Of a stretch of DNA of 32,000 nucleotides, positions 8,560 through 17,932 are shown piece after piece. Location: the NCBI GenBank assembly GCA_019359675.1, contig JAHHGX010000022.1, positions 4,549-36,548 on the forward strand. Direction: 5' to 3'. The number at the start of each line of letters is the position of its first letter. Within the stretch, counting starts at the first letter, position 1. The translations under genes and the position numbers were made by a program. Below the pieces are notes generated by a model. That model had not been told where the DNA came from. It made no database searches and saw only the letters and a list, made by a program, of their open reading frames with translations. Origin of the DNA: Calothrix sp. FI2-JRJ7. Its GTDB lineage: Bacteria; Cyanobacteriota; Cyanobacteriia; Cyanobacteriales; Nostocaceae.

Positions 8560-10032
8560 ATGTATTCAGCAAAAGCAGCAGCACTTTTAATATTAGATGC
8601 TCAAAATAGAACGAAAGCTATACCAGAGAAGTTAGAAAGTGAATTAACCTATGTAGCAGGGTGGTGCTACTGGTATAAAGGAGCAAGTCTCGTCAAAGAG
8701 TTTGCTTACTCTTGTTTGGAGTTGTTAACGAAAGAGAAATTAAACTTGATATTGAAAGAATTAGGGTTAACGGTAGCGAAGTCATCGACAAAAGAAGATA
8801 TAGTAAAAGTATTAAAAGAAGTTAAGATTACAGAGTTACGTGCAATTTTAACGAAAAAAGTTATGCCAGACTTTGAATTGTCGGTAGTGACTTTTGAGAA
8901 ATTGTTCCGTATATCTACAGCAAACCGTCGCAGACTGCAAGAAATAAAAGATGCTCTACCCATTCTTTACTGGGGAGAATCAAAATATGGACAGTATCCA
9001 GTTTTCAGTTTATTGAAAGTATTAGAGATTTTACATGCAGATAAAACGTTATTAAAACAGTTTTATGATTATGTCGAAGAAAAGTTGACGGCAAAAGCAA
9101 AACAAATTGCACGAGAGAAAGAATTAGAGCTTTCGTTTAAAGAGAAGTTTTTGGGTAGAGTTGCACAATATCCAGAGATAGCGAAGAATGATAATATAAA
9201 ACAGTTAGTTAAACAAGAGAAATATCGAGCAGCACATAATTTTTTAAATAATTTAATTCAGCAGAAAGAAAGAATTGACCGTGAGAATGCAATTGAACTT
9301 TCGTTCAAATACGAGTTTACAGAAAAAGCGGCAATATATCCAGATTTGATTTATGATAATAATCTTCAACAGTTGATTAAAAAAGAATATTATAAAAGTG
9401 CGTGCAGATTATTGAATGAGTTAATTCAAAAACAAGATAAAATCAAGCGTCAAAGAGCATTAGAGCTTTCATTTCGAGACAAATTCGTCCAAAAATCGGT
9501 AGAATATCCAGATTTAGGACAAAGAAAAAATATTCAAAAGCTACTTATCGAAGAAAAATATCAAGCTGCATATAACGCATTATCTAATTTAATTCAAGAA
9601 CAAGAAAAATATGCACGACTTCAGCAGCAATATTTAGACTTGTGTGAGGAGTTGGGTACAGAAGCAGAACAACACAAAAATTTAAATGCGTTAACAAAAG
9701 CTATTCAAGAATTACAGGTCATTCATAAAGAATTAACGAACAGCAAGACAATGGGAGACTTAGCAAAATCGTTAGATAATTTGCTGCAACAAGGAATAGA
9801 AATTTTTAGCCAAACTGCTGACCGTCAATTTCAGTATTCCAATGAATTACAATCAGATAACAAAGCGTTAAAGTTTTGTCAGATGGTTTTATCAAGCAAA
9901 GGGAACTGTCCAGAAAATCAATTACGGTGGAAAAATATTCAAAACGTTCCAGAAGCTATTGCCAATTACGAAGACTTAATTTTTTCTCATCCGGTACTAC
10001 TGCAAATTCAGGGTGTCTCAGAACTTACGTAA
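8560..10032 (+). CDS. Hypothetical protein with three 56-aa internal repeats
   Basis: 490-aa ORF preceded by tatttgttaacaaagagaatt; central ELELSF(K/R).KF...YP.L....N.Q.L...EKY.AA...L..LIQ.Q..... repeated three times. Confidence 0.8.
   Translation: MYSAKAAALLILDAQNRTKAIPEKLESELTYVAGWCYWYKGASLVKEFAYSCLELLTKEKLNLILKELGLTVAKSSTKEDIVKVLKEVKITELRAILTKKVMPDFELSVVTFEKLFRISTANRRRLQEIKDALPILYWGESKYGQYPVFSLLKVLEILHADKTLLKQFYDYVEEKLTAKAKQIAREKELELSFKEKFLGRVAQYPEIAKNDNIKQLVKQEKYRAAHNFLNNLIQQKERIDRENAIELSFKYEFTEKAAIYPDLIYDNNLQQLIKKEYYKSACRLLNELIQKQDKIKRQRALELSFRDKFVQKSVEYPDLGQRKNIQKLLIEEKYQAAYNALSNLIQEQEKYARLQQQYLDLCEELGTEAEQHKNLNALTKAIQELQVIHKELTNSKTMGDLAKSLDNLLQQGIEIFSQTADRQFQYSNELQSDNKALKFCQMVLSSKGNCPENQLRWKNIQNVPEAIANYEDLIFSHPVLLQIQGVSELT
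9121..9624 (+). repeat. Three in-frame 168-bp coding repeats
   Basis: Repeat starts at 9121, 9289 and 9457 (ELELSFKEKF / AIELSFKYEF / ALELSFRDKF), diverged at nucleotide level. Confidence 0.8.
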
Positions 10033-10201
10033 AAACCACACGAAATATGTCCATTTGTTACATCTATTTGATGTATTATAACTGAATTATTAAAAAAATA
10101 TTAACAAGTTTCAACATAAGTAAAAAATTGTGTATTTTGATAACTCTACATGTCATGCTGAAATTTTGAGTTATAAACGAATTAATTTATAATCCAAAAG
10201 A

Positions 10202-10675
10202 ATGATAAGGCGCCGCTTCATCGTCCGTTTTGTAATTACACTACTGATACTTGGTATACTATCAGTAATATATATCATTTTAATGCCTTTGCATGACATA
10301 GATTGTAACGCAGAACCATTTATGTCATCCAAAGTCGAAAAATTCCAAGTAAGTGCAACAAAAGTAGTAGCTCAACCTTGGTTAGGGCAACACATGGTAT
10401 ACGGTATTTTTACAGTCCCCGACGAATATAAAGAAACCCAATTTTTTATATTAACAGTGAAAGGCGCCGGAAGTTTTTGCGAAAAACCATTTGGAAACAA
10501 ACTAAAAGTAGACGATATAATTGCTCAACCCGGTACACACTTAATAAAAGGCTATATCAGAACAAGATTAGCACTGAAATCAATTTTACAAGGTTTATAC
10601 AGTAGTATTAGTAGTAAAGATAACTGGACGTTAACATATCCTAGTAAAAAGGTTATAATTACAACAAGTACATAA
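10202..10675 (+). CDS. Hypothetical protein with N-terminal membrane anchor
   Basis: 157 aa; MIRRRFIVRFVITLLILGILSVIYIILMPL transmembrane/signal segment followed by a soluble domain. Confidence 0.6.
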   Translation: MIRRRFIVRFVITLLILGILSVIYIILMPLHDIDCNAEPFMSSKVEKFQVSATKVVAQPWLGQHMVYGIFTVPDEYKETQFFILTVKGAGSFCEKPFGNKLKVDDIIAQPGTHLIKGYIRTRLALKSILQGLYSSISSKDNWTLTYPSKKVIITTST

Positions 10676-10797
10676 ACATATATTAATGCAAGTACCCGCA
10701 GTAAGATGGATACTAAATTTGTACGTTGTTCTTGGTTTGGCTGTAACATATTTATATTACGGGAAAGAGCGTAAGAAGCAATAATTAAGGAGTAACT

Positions 10798-12258
10798 GTG
10801 ACTACGTACAACAGTTTGCCAACTAACGAGCATGATGTCAACTTAGAACTGGCGCCACAAGAAACAGTATTTCAATGGACAAAACAATGGTATCCGGTTG
10901 CTGTTGTTGATTTTTTAGACTCATCTCGTCCTCATGCAATGCAATTATTTGGAAAAAATATCGTATTGTGGAAAGATGGCTCTGGAAAATGGCGATGTTT
11001 TGAAGATGCTTGTCCTCACCGATTGGCGCCTTTTTCAGAAGGACGAGTAGAAGCAGATGGTACATTAATGTGTGCTTACCATGCTTGGCGTTTTGATGGT
11101 GAAGGAAATTGTGTTAACATTCCCCAAGCTAAAGATGAACAAACGGAGTCGCGACATTGCTCAAATTCTAAATCTTGTGCAGTTTTTTATCCAACTCAAG
11201 AACAACAAGGATTATTGTGGGTATGGGCAGAGTCAGGAGTAGAAGCACAACTTGAAAGTCAGTCATTTCAACCGTTAATTACCCCAGAGTTGGAAAACAA
11301 GTCAGATAAAGTAGTAAAGTTATTTTGGAATTTTCGTGACCTGGCGTATGGATGGGACTTTTTCATGGAGAATGTTTCTGACCCAACACATGTTCCTGTC
11401 TCGCATCATGGAATTGTTGGCAACCGATACAAGGACGCTAAATATTACGACATGATTCGCTTGAGCGAGATATCAAGTCAATCCGCGTTTGCTTATGAAA
11501 TTACACCAACTGCCCCAAATATAAAGCAAGCTATTCATGATTTTCAACCACCTTGTTTAATGCGGATTGTTTCAACTTTATTTGATGGTGGTCAACTGAT
11601 TCTAATTTTATATGCTACTCCGACTCGTCCAGGATGGTGCCGTCATATTGGGTGCCAGATATTAGTCAAAAATGACCAAAACAAAACACCACCAGGTTTA
11701 GGATTTTTTGGATTACCGATGCCAACTTGGTTAGGTCATATTCTCGCTTCGTTATTTCTACACCAAGATATGGTTTTTCTTCATTATCAAGAAAAGATTA
11801 TAGCTCAAAAACAAGGTAGATGGTTGAACAAAGTTTTCACGCCTAACCCCCAAGATAAGATGATAATCGCGTTTCGCAATTGGTTAGAAAATAAAGCAGG
11901 TGGTGGCATTCCTTGGGCGCCAGAATGTAACTCACACCTTCCTACTCCGGAACTAGATAAACAAAAGCTATTTGATGTTTGGACAGCACACACCCAGCAT
12001 TGTAGCGTTTGTCAAAATGCTTTAAAAAATATAAATAGGTTGATTATCTCTGCTTTTGCAACATCTATAATAGTTACATTTTTGAGTGTAATTATTGATG
12101 CGCGCGCTGTTGCAGCAAAAACAGTTGCATCTTTTCCTCCTACTAGTTTTTGGTTAGCTCTTTTAGGCGCCATTGCCTCTGCTAGCATAGGTTATCTACT
12201 TCTAAAATTGCGTCGCTTGTTTTACGTATATGAGTTTGAACACGCACGTAATAACTAA
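10798..12258 (+). CDS. Rieske 2Fe-2S oxygenase, pheophorbide a oxygenase (PaO/Lls1)-like
   Basis: Rieske motif CPHRLAPFSEGRVEADGTLMCAYHAW; mononuclear iron region ENVSDPTHVPVSHHG; C-terminal HCSVC and two transmembrane helices. GTG start at 10798. Confidence 0.9.
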   Translation: MTTYNSLPTNEHDVNLELAPQETVFQWTKQWYPVAVVDFLDSSRPHAMQLFGKNIVLWKDGSGKWRCFEDACPHRLAPFSEGRVEADGTLMCAYHAWRFDGEGNCVNIPQAKDEQTESRHCSNSKSCAVFYPTQEQQGLLWVWAESGVEAQLESQSFQPLITPELENKSDKVVKLFWNFRDLAYGWDFFMENVSDPTHVPVSHHGIVGNRYKDAKYYDMIRLSEISSQSAFAYEITPTAPNIKQAIHDFQPPCLMRIVSTLFDGGQLILILYATPTRPGWCRHIGCQILVKNDQNKTPPGLGFFGLPMPTWLGHILASLFLHQDMVFLHYQEKIIAQKQGRWLNKVFTPNPQDKMIIAFRNWLENKAGGGIPWAPECNSHLPTPELDKQKLFDVWTAHTQHCSVCQNALKNINRLIISAFATSIIVTFLSVIIDARAVAAKTVASFPPTSFWLALLGAIASASIGYLLLKLRRLFYVYEFEHARNN

Positions 12259-12285
12259 ACAAGCTGGACATAATTACTATTCCAA

Positions 12286-12312
12286 AATTTGACAACCATT
12301 GGTTGTCAAATT
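12286..12312. promoter_or_regulatory. Perfect 13-bp inverted repeat, candidate operator
   Basis: aatttgacaacca-t-tggttgtcaaatt, between the Rieske gene stop and the PadR gene. Confidence 0.5.
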
Positions 12313-12400
12313 GCAATACCTAATTCTTTCCTAACTAGCAGCGATATACTCAAATCAACTATTACTCAACTAATTGAGCAAAATTCATGTTTTATACTGT

Positions 12401-12420
12401 ATACTCAACAAAGTGAGTAT
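12401..12420. promoter_or_regulatory. Candidate PadR operator
   Basis: atactca-acaaag-tgagtat inverted repeat 46 bp upstream of the PadR ATG; related (a/t)tactcaa half-sites at about 12346 and 12362. Confidence 0.45.
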
Positions 12421-12465
12421 ATCAAGCTTTATTTATAAAAGGTAAGGAAAGAATAGAATTAAGTT

Positions 12466-13011
12466 ATGGCAATATCTCATGCGATTTTGGCGGCATTATT
12501 AGATTCAGCGTGTAGTGGTTATGATTTGTCGAAGCAGTTTGCGGGGACTGTGGGTTTTTTTTGGCACGCAACACAGCAGCAGATTTACAGAGAGTTGAGT
12601 AAGTTAGAGGAAGAGGGACATATTGTTGCAGAAGTAATTAGGCAAGAAGGGCGCCCAGACAAGAAGGTATTTTCGGTTACAGAGGTAGGGAAAGAATATC
12701 TACGTAAATGGATATTAGAACCATCAGAAGTTAGTCCAATGAAAGATGAGTTGTTAGTAAAAATATTTGCAGGTGAAGTGGCACCGAAACAGAAAATTAT
12801 CAGAGAATTAGAAAATCACCGCCGACAGCACCAAGACAAGTTAAAAGCGCATCGAGCTATTGAGGAGAAGCATTTTGTAAGTCCGCAAACTTTACCTTTG
12901 GCAGAAAAGTACCGCTATTTAACGCTTCAGCAGGGAATACGCTACGAAATTGAATGGTTAAAGTGGTGTGAAGATACTATAAAGTTTTTACATGAAGATA
13001 ACTCTAATTGA
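12466..13011 (+). CDS. PadR family transcriptional regulator
   Basis: 181 aa; AILAALLDSACSGYDLSKQFAGTVGFFWHATQQQIYRELSKLEEEGHIV... and a C-terminal helical domain. Confidence 0.9.
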   Translation: MAISHAILAALLDSACSGYDLSKQFAGTVGFFWHATQQQIYRELSKLEEEGHIVAEVIRQEGRPDKKVFSVTEVGKEYLRKWILEPSEVSPMKDELLVKIFAGEVAPKQKIIRELENHRRQHQDKLKAHRAIEEKHFVSPQTLPLAEKYRYLTLQQGIRYEIEWLKWCEDTIKFLHEDNSN

Positions 13012-13019
13012 ATTGGGAT

Positions 13020-13895
13020 ATGAAAAAATTATTAATTACAGGCGCCAGTGGTTTTCTAGGGTGGCATATAATCGAGGTAGGACGCGAACACTACGAAGTT
13101 TACGGTACATATAACTCGCACACGTTAGAAGTAAATGGTGCCAGTTTATTCAAAGCTAACTTATCAGACTTTGAAGAACTGAAACAAATCTTTACAAATA
13201 TTAAACCAGATGCAGTAATTCATACAGCAGCAATTTCGCAACCAAACTATTGTCAAAACCATCCCGAAGAGTCTCACGCAATTAATGTCACAGCATCAGC
13301 AAACATAGCAGGATTGTGCGCTGAGTATTCTATACCATGTGCATTTACATCAACTGACCTGGTATTCGATGGTAAAAATGCACCATATAAAGAAACAGAT
13401 ACAGTCAACCCTGTAAATTTATACGGGGAACAAAAGGTCTTAGCAGAACAAGCGATGTTAAAAGAATATCCTAAAACAGCTATATGTAGAATGCCATTAA
13501 TGTTTGGCGCCGCAACACCCACAGCAAAAAGTTTCATGCAAGGGTTTATACAAACACTGCAATCTGGCAAAGAATTAAAATTATTTACCGATGAATTTAG
13601 AACACCAGCAAGTGGAATAACAGCCGCCAAGGGATTACTATTAATGATAGAAAAACAATATCACGGTATTATTCACCTAGGTGGGAGAGAAAGAATATCT
13701 CGCTACGACTTCGGAAAGTTAATGATTGAAGCATTTCATTTACCAGATACAAACCTAAAAGCATGTAAACAGCAAGACGTACAAATGTCGGCGCCACGTC
13801 CCGCAGATGTATCATTCGACAGTACAATAGCATTTACATTAGGATACAACCCATTATCAATAAAAGAAGAATTGGTAGGGTGCGTAACGCCATAA
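13020..13895 (+). CDS. SDR / dTDP-4-dehydrorhamnose reductase-like (RmlD_sub_bind) protein
   Basis: MKKLLITGASGFLGWHIIEVG, FTSTDLVFDGKNAPYKETD, VNPVNLYGEQKVLAEQ. ATG at 13020 preferred to the TTG at 13008. Confidence 0.88.
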   Translation: MKKLLITGASGFLGWHIIEVGREHYEVYGTYNSHTLEVNGASLFKANLSDFEELKQIFTNIKPDAVIHTAAISQPNYCQNHPEESHAINVTASANIAGLCAEYSIPCAFTSTDLVFDGKNAPYKETDTVNPVNLYGEQKVLAEQAMLKEYPKTAICRMPLMFGAATPTAKSFMQGFIQTLQSGKELKLFTDEFRTPASGITAAKGLLLMIEKQYHGIIHLGGRERISRYDFGKLMIEAFHLPDTNLKACKQQDVQMSAPRPADVSFDSTIAFTLGYNPLSIKEELVGCVTP

Positions 13896-13937
13896 CAACA
13901 TTTCAACGAAGCAAATAATCTTGTAGCGTTACGCACC
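13875..13937. repeat. Dispersed inverted-repeat element (63-bp form) overlapping the 3' end of the SDR gene
   Basis: gtagggtgcgtaacgccataacaacatttcaacgaagcaaataatcttgtagcgttacgcacc. Confidence 0.8.
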
Positions 13938-14007
13938 ATAAAAACACGCACCAAATAAATTTTGATGGGTTGTGCTATATTATATAGTGACAACGCAAAT
14001 AGAGAGT

Positions 14008-14274
14008 ATGAACAAAAAGCATAAAGTTGTTCTAAGTGATGAGCAACGGATGCAGCTACTTGACTTGGTAAAGAAAGGAAAAGCTAGTGCTAGAACAATC
14101 CGTCGCGCGCATACATTACTAATGGCACATGAAGGCAGTACAGATGAAGCAATAGCAAAGACCCTATATACATCTGTAACAACAGTTGAGAGAACTCGTA
14201 AGCAGTTCTGTGAAGAAAATTTAGAGCAAACACTAATCGAACGTCCACGCAGTGGAAAACCACGTAAAAAATAA
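14008..14274 (+). pseudogene. N-terminal HTH part of an IS630-type transposase
   Basis: MNKKHKVVLSDEQRMQLLDLVKKGKASARTIRRAHTLLMAHEGSTDEAIAKTLYTSVTTVERTRKQFCEENLEQTLIERPRSGKPRKK; the DDE part is absent. Confidence 0.75.
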
Positions 14275-14435
14275 GGCGTTGCTGATTTTTGGGATGATTT
14301 GTCATTCTGAGCGGAACGTAGTGTAGCGAAGAATCCTTATAGATGCTACCCTTCGGGAAATCCTTCGGATTACGTTTCGCTTCGCTCCACTCAGCATGAC
14401 ATATCTAAATTCATCCCGCATTTATGCAACGCCAA
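14275..14435. mobile_element. MITE-like element, 161 bp
   Basis: Terminal ggcgttgc / gcaacgcc, plus second-level pairing gggatgattt / aaattcatccc and tcattctgagcggaa... / ...ccactcagcatgac. Confidence 0.6.
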
Positions 14436-14459
14436 AAATAAGTTGTGGGTTAATTTACC

Positions 14460-16010
14460 CTACGCACGTATAATAACTACGTTACGTCCTTTTTTTGTTG
14501 TGCCATTTCTGGTGTTCAAACGGTCAATAAAAGCAGGCGCATCTTTGCGTCTATCAAAAATACACAACCATCCATAATCTGCTTTTATGCGTGCCAAATA
14601 AGCTTCTAATTGGTCTAACCCCTTTTCTTCTGGGTCTTTTATTTTATCTCGCCAAGTTTTTACTTCAATTCCCAATGTTACTTTTTTATATTTCAAGCAT
14701 AAATCCATACGACCATTTCCAATCGCGTATTCCCGCTCTAATGTTCCACCTCCATTTACAACACGATGTAAAAATGCCATTAATACTATATGGGGTGCTA
14801 TTTCTTGATATGATGTAGTACTAAGTAATGGTTCTCCATGCTGGCGCCAAAAATCGATAAAAGCTTCTTGTAAAGCATCAACGTCTAAATCGCCATCTTT
14901 ATGTAACCAGGTGGGAGTTATGCTAGGTAAGCTATCAGAGGCGCCTTGAGTCAAAACACGAGGAATAACTTCACGGTAAATAGGGTTAGCAATTACCAAT
15001 CCACCATTTGGTTCTCGACGTAATAACCCTAAATCAACTAAATATTGTCGGTCATCGTCTGGTGTATCACCTAATGTATCTCCGGCTAACATTGGTTCCA
15101 TTATTGCTTTGATTCTTGTTTCAGTAAGTCTATCTGCAAGAGAATCAAGGTGAGTGTCTTTACGGGCAATAAGTATTTCTTTAGCTTGATTTATATGTTC
15201 TACTGTAATAGTTACTTGTGTGTCAGTCACTAATTCTTCAACAATTTCTTTGGCTAAGGCATTGATTAACCAAGGTTGCCCTTGAGTTAAATCAAAAGCT
15301 ATTTGGGCAGCTTCATTCGTAAAAACTTGTCCCGTATCTTTTGTATGCTCCTGATATAATTCTACAACCTCTTTCTCATTAAAATATCTCATTGTTAACG
15401 AGCGGTCTTTAATGTTGAAGGGACTAGCTGTATTTAACCTCTCTTTACCACCAGAAGCTACTTTATAATCTCGGACATCACGCATACCAATCAATGCCAC
15501 AGATGAAGGAAAGTGTTTTGGACGATTAGGGTAACCGTCTCGTAGTTGTCGCAAAACAGAAATTAATACCTGGTTTTCTAAGGAATCTATTTCATCAATA
15601 AATAATACTATCGGTCGTGGACAATTTTGTGCCCACACCTGTAAGCTAGACCTAATTCTTTGTCCAGGCGCCCCATAACCCCAATTAGGTGGTTGTAAGT
15701 CAGCAGGTAAACGGAATGCAATTGTATCGCGCCATGTATCAAGAATTGCAGATTCGGCGCCTCCAATATCATCTTTAAAAGCATTTCCCACTTCTACCGA
15801 TAAAGTAACAGCACAGTACTCTCCCATGCTGGTTATTTGTTCAGCTAACGCTAGCATTGCTGTTGTTTTACCCGTTTGACGTGGTGCGTGGACAACAAAA
15901 TAACTACGTTGCCTAATCAACCGCTCAAGAGAAGGTAATCGAACGGTAGGTGACAACATATAGTGGTCGTCACTGTTACACGGACCTGAAATGTTGAACC
16001 AACGAGGCAT
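14460..16010 (-). CDS. AAA-like ATPase with C-terminal PD-(D/E)XK-like nuclease motif
   Basis: Walker A VVHAPRQTGKTTAM, Walker B IVLFIDEID; C-terminal GNGRMDLCLKYKKVTLGIEVKTW (D...E-x-K). ATG (MPRWFNISG) at 16010 is likelier than 16097, which overlaps the TPR gene. Confidence 0.8.
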   Translation of the reverse strand: MPRWFNISGPCNSDDHYMLSPTVRLPSLERLIRQRSYFVVHAPRQTGKTTAMLALAEQITSMGEYCAVTLSVEVGNAFKDDIGGAESAILDTWRDTIAFRLPADLQPPNWGYGAPGQRIRSSLQVWAQNCPRPIVLFIDEIDSLENQVLISVLRQLRDGYPNRPKHFPSSVALIGMRDVRDYKVASGGKERLNTASPFNIKDRSLTMRYFNEKEVVELYQEHTKDTGQVFTNEAAQIAFDLTQGQPWLINALAKEIVEELVTDTQVTITVEHINQAKEILIARKDTHLDSLADRLTETRIKAIMEPMLAGDTLGDTPDDDRQYLVDLGLLRREPNGGLVIANPIYREVIPRVLTQGASDSLPSITPTWLHKDGDLDVDALQEAFIDFWRQHGEPLLSTTSYQEIAPHIVLMAFLHRVVNGGGTLEREYAIGNGRMDLCLKYKKVTLGIEVKTWRDKIKDPEEKGLDQLEAYLARIKADYGWLCIFDRRKDAPAFIDRLNTRNGTTKKGRNVVIIRA

Positions 16011-16077
16011 AACAATGGAGCTAAGAGAAGCTGTGACAATGCCCAGTGTAGCGCATATTGTATAGTTGCTTGCACGC

Positions 16078-17808
16078 TTATGAAAAAGGGGTGCCACGTG
16101 CTAACCAGGCAGCGCTACAATTTGGGTCTAATTTAATAGCTCGGTCATAAGCATAAATGGCATCTTCACGGCGCCCTAATTCTTTAAGACTGTTACCGCA
16201 CCATAACCAAGCCATTACGAAAACAGAATCAAGTCGCAATGCTTGGTCAAATGATGAAACCGCTTCAGAATATTGTTTCATAGAATGTAATACTCGACCA
16301 CGATAATAAAAAGCGTTAGGATAATCACCTTTGAGTTGAATTGAACGGTTCAAGCATACTAATGCTTCTTCGTTTCTATCTAATTCCATCAAAGCTACAC
16401 CGCGATAAAACCATAGTAGATAATTATTTCCTTGTCCAAGTTCTATGGCACAGTCGGTATTTAAAATAGCATCTTCATATTTTTGCAAATAATAAAGCGA
16501 AAAAGCACGATTTTTCCAAGCGTCGCCATAATCTTGACATAGTTCAATTGCACGGTCATAAGACTTAATTGCTTCTTCGTCACGTTGCAAATAGTAAAGT
16601 GTCAAACCCCGAAGATTCCATACCACTGCATCACACGGTTTTAAGCGGATTGCTTGTTCGTAAGACATTAACGCTTCCGAGTAACGTTTTAAGGCGCCTA
16701 AAGAATAACCACGAACATACCAAACTTTCTCATAATCAGGTTGAATGGCGATTGTACAATCACAAGCAGTTAGCACTTCTTCATGACGTTGAAGCTCTTG
16801 CAGCACATAAGCACAACCTAACCAAGCACTAGGTAAATTAGGATTTATTTCAACAGCCGTTTGAAATGCGGTTAGTGACTCTTGATATAATTTTAACTCC
16901 ATCAAAAGCATACCACATTTATACCATGCATCAACATTATCTGGTTTAATATCAATTGCGCGTCGATAAGAAGTCAATGCATCTTGAATTCTGCCTAACT
17001 CAAAAAGTGCATCTCCACGATTTTTCCAGGTTTCAGAAAATTCGGGTTGAATATGAATAGCTTGGTTATAAGACTCAATAGCACCTTCATAATCTTTGAT
17101 ATTCAACATCAAATTACCGCGACAATACCATGCTTCCCAGTATTTAGAGTTACACTTAATAGCTTCCTCATAATCTAAAATAGCTTCTTCATAGCGCAGC
17201 AAACTCCACAAGGCGCCTGCGCGATAATGCCAAGCTTCATGAAAATCAGGTTTTAGAGCAATAGATTGGTCATACGAAATAATCGCAGCTTCGTTTTTAC
17301 CCAAAGATTCAAGCGAAATACCCCGAATCCACCAGGTATAATAATCATCACGATAGCGTAGAAGCGATTGGTCATAAGACGAAATCGCATCACTGTAAAG
17401 TTGTGAAGCAGCCAATGCTAAACCGCGATATCTCCAAGGTGCAGCACTATCAGGTTGAATTTTGATAGCTTGATTGTAAGCCAATACCGCTTCAGTAGGG
17501 CGCCCTAAGTATCTGAGCGCTTGGCCACGACCAAACCAACCCATAAAGTGACTGCTATCTTTAGCAATGCATTGGTCAAAACATTCCAATGCATCGCCAA
17601 ACCGTTGCAAATGACCTAAGATAAAACCTATATTTATTAGAGCATCAAAGTAATCGGGTTGAATTTGTAGCGCTTTTTGATAAAACCCCATCGCCTCTTC
17701 ATACTCTTGGTTATCATAAAACTTGTTACCAACCTGAAACCAATCTTCCGCAGTTACCAAAGACTTTTCGTAAATGTTTTTAGTTGTAGGCACTTGTGTG
17801 TAAGTCAT
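16078..17808 (-). CDS. Tetratricopeptide repeat protein
   Basis: 576 aa made almost entirely of 34-aa repeats (A...Y..AI...P....AW..RG..L..L..YEEA). Same strand and 67 bp upstream of the ATPase. Confidence 0.92.
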   Translation of the reverse strand: MTYTQVPTTKNIYEKSLVTAEDWFQVGNKFYDNQEYEEAMGFYQKALQIQPDYFDALINIGFILGHLQRFGDALECFDQCIAKDSSHFMGWFGRGQALRYLGRPTEAVLAYNQAIKIQPDSAAPWRYRGLALAASQLYSDAISSYDQSLLRYRDDYYTWWIRGISLESLGKNEAAIISYDQSIALKPDFHEAWHYRAGALWSLLRYEEAILDYEEAIKCNSKYWEAWYCRGNLMLNIKDYEGAIESYNQAIHIQPEFSETWKNRGDALFELGRIQDALTSYRRAIDIKPDNVDAWYKCGMLLMELKLYQESLTAFQTAVEINPNLPSAWLGCAYVLQELQRHEEVLTACDCTIAIQPDYEKVWYVRGYSLGALKRYSEALMSYEQAIRLKPCDAVVWNLRGLTLYYLQRDEEAIKSYDRAIELCQDYGDAWKNRAFSLYYLQKYEDAILNTDCAIELGQGNNYLLWFYRGVALMELDRNEEALVCLNRSIQLKGDYPNAFYYRGRVLHSMKQYSEAVSSFDQALRLDSVFVMAWLWCGNSLKELGRREDAIYAYDRAIKLDPNCSAAWLARGTPFS

Positions 17809-17932
17809 ATAAAATTTGTATAAATTGCGATAGGTATTAATTAATCAACAAAAGTAAGGGTAAATTGCCCATACATTACTTAATACGTCTAAGCACATCC
17901 AACTTATGCAATTTAAAATAAAGGAATGTTGC

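Noticed and set aside
16010-16097. Extended N-terminus of the ATPase (start at 16097)
   Set aside because: It would overlap the TPR gene end and adds a non-homologous-looking leader; MPRWFNISG at 16010 is a better start.
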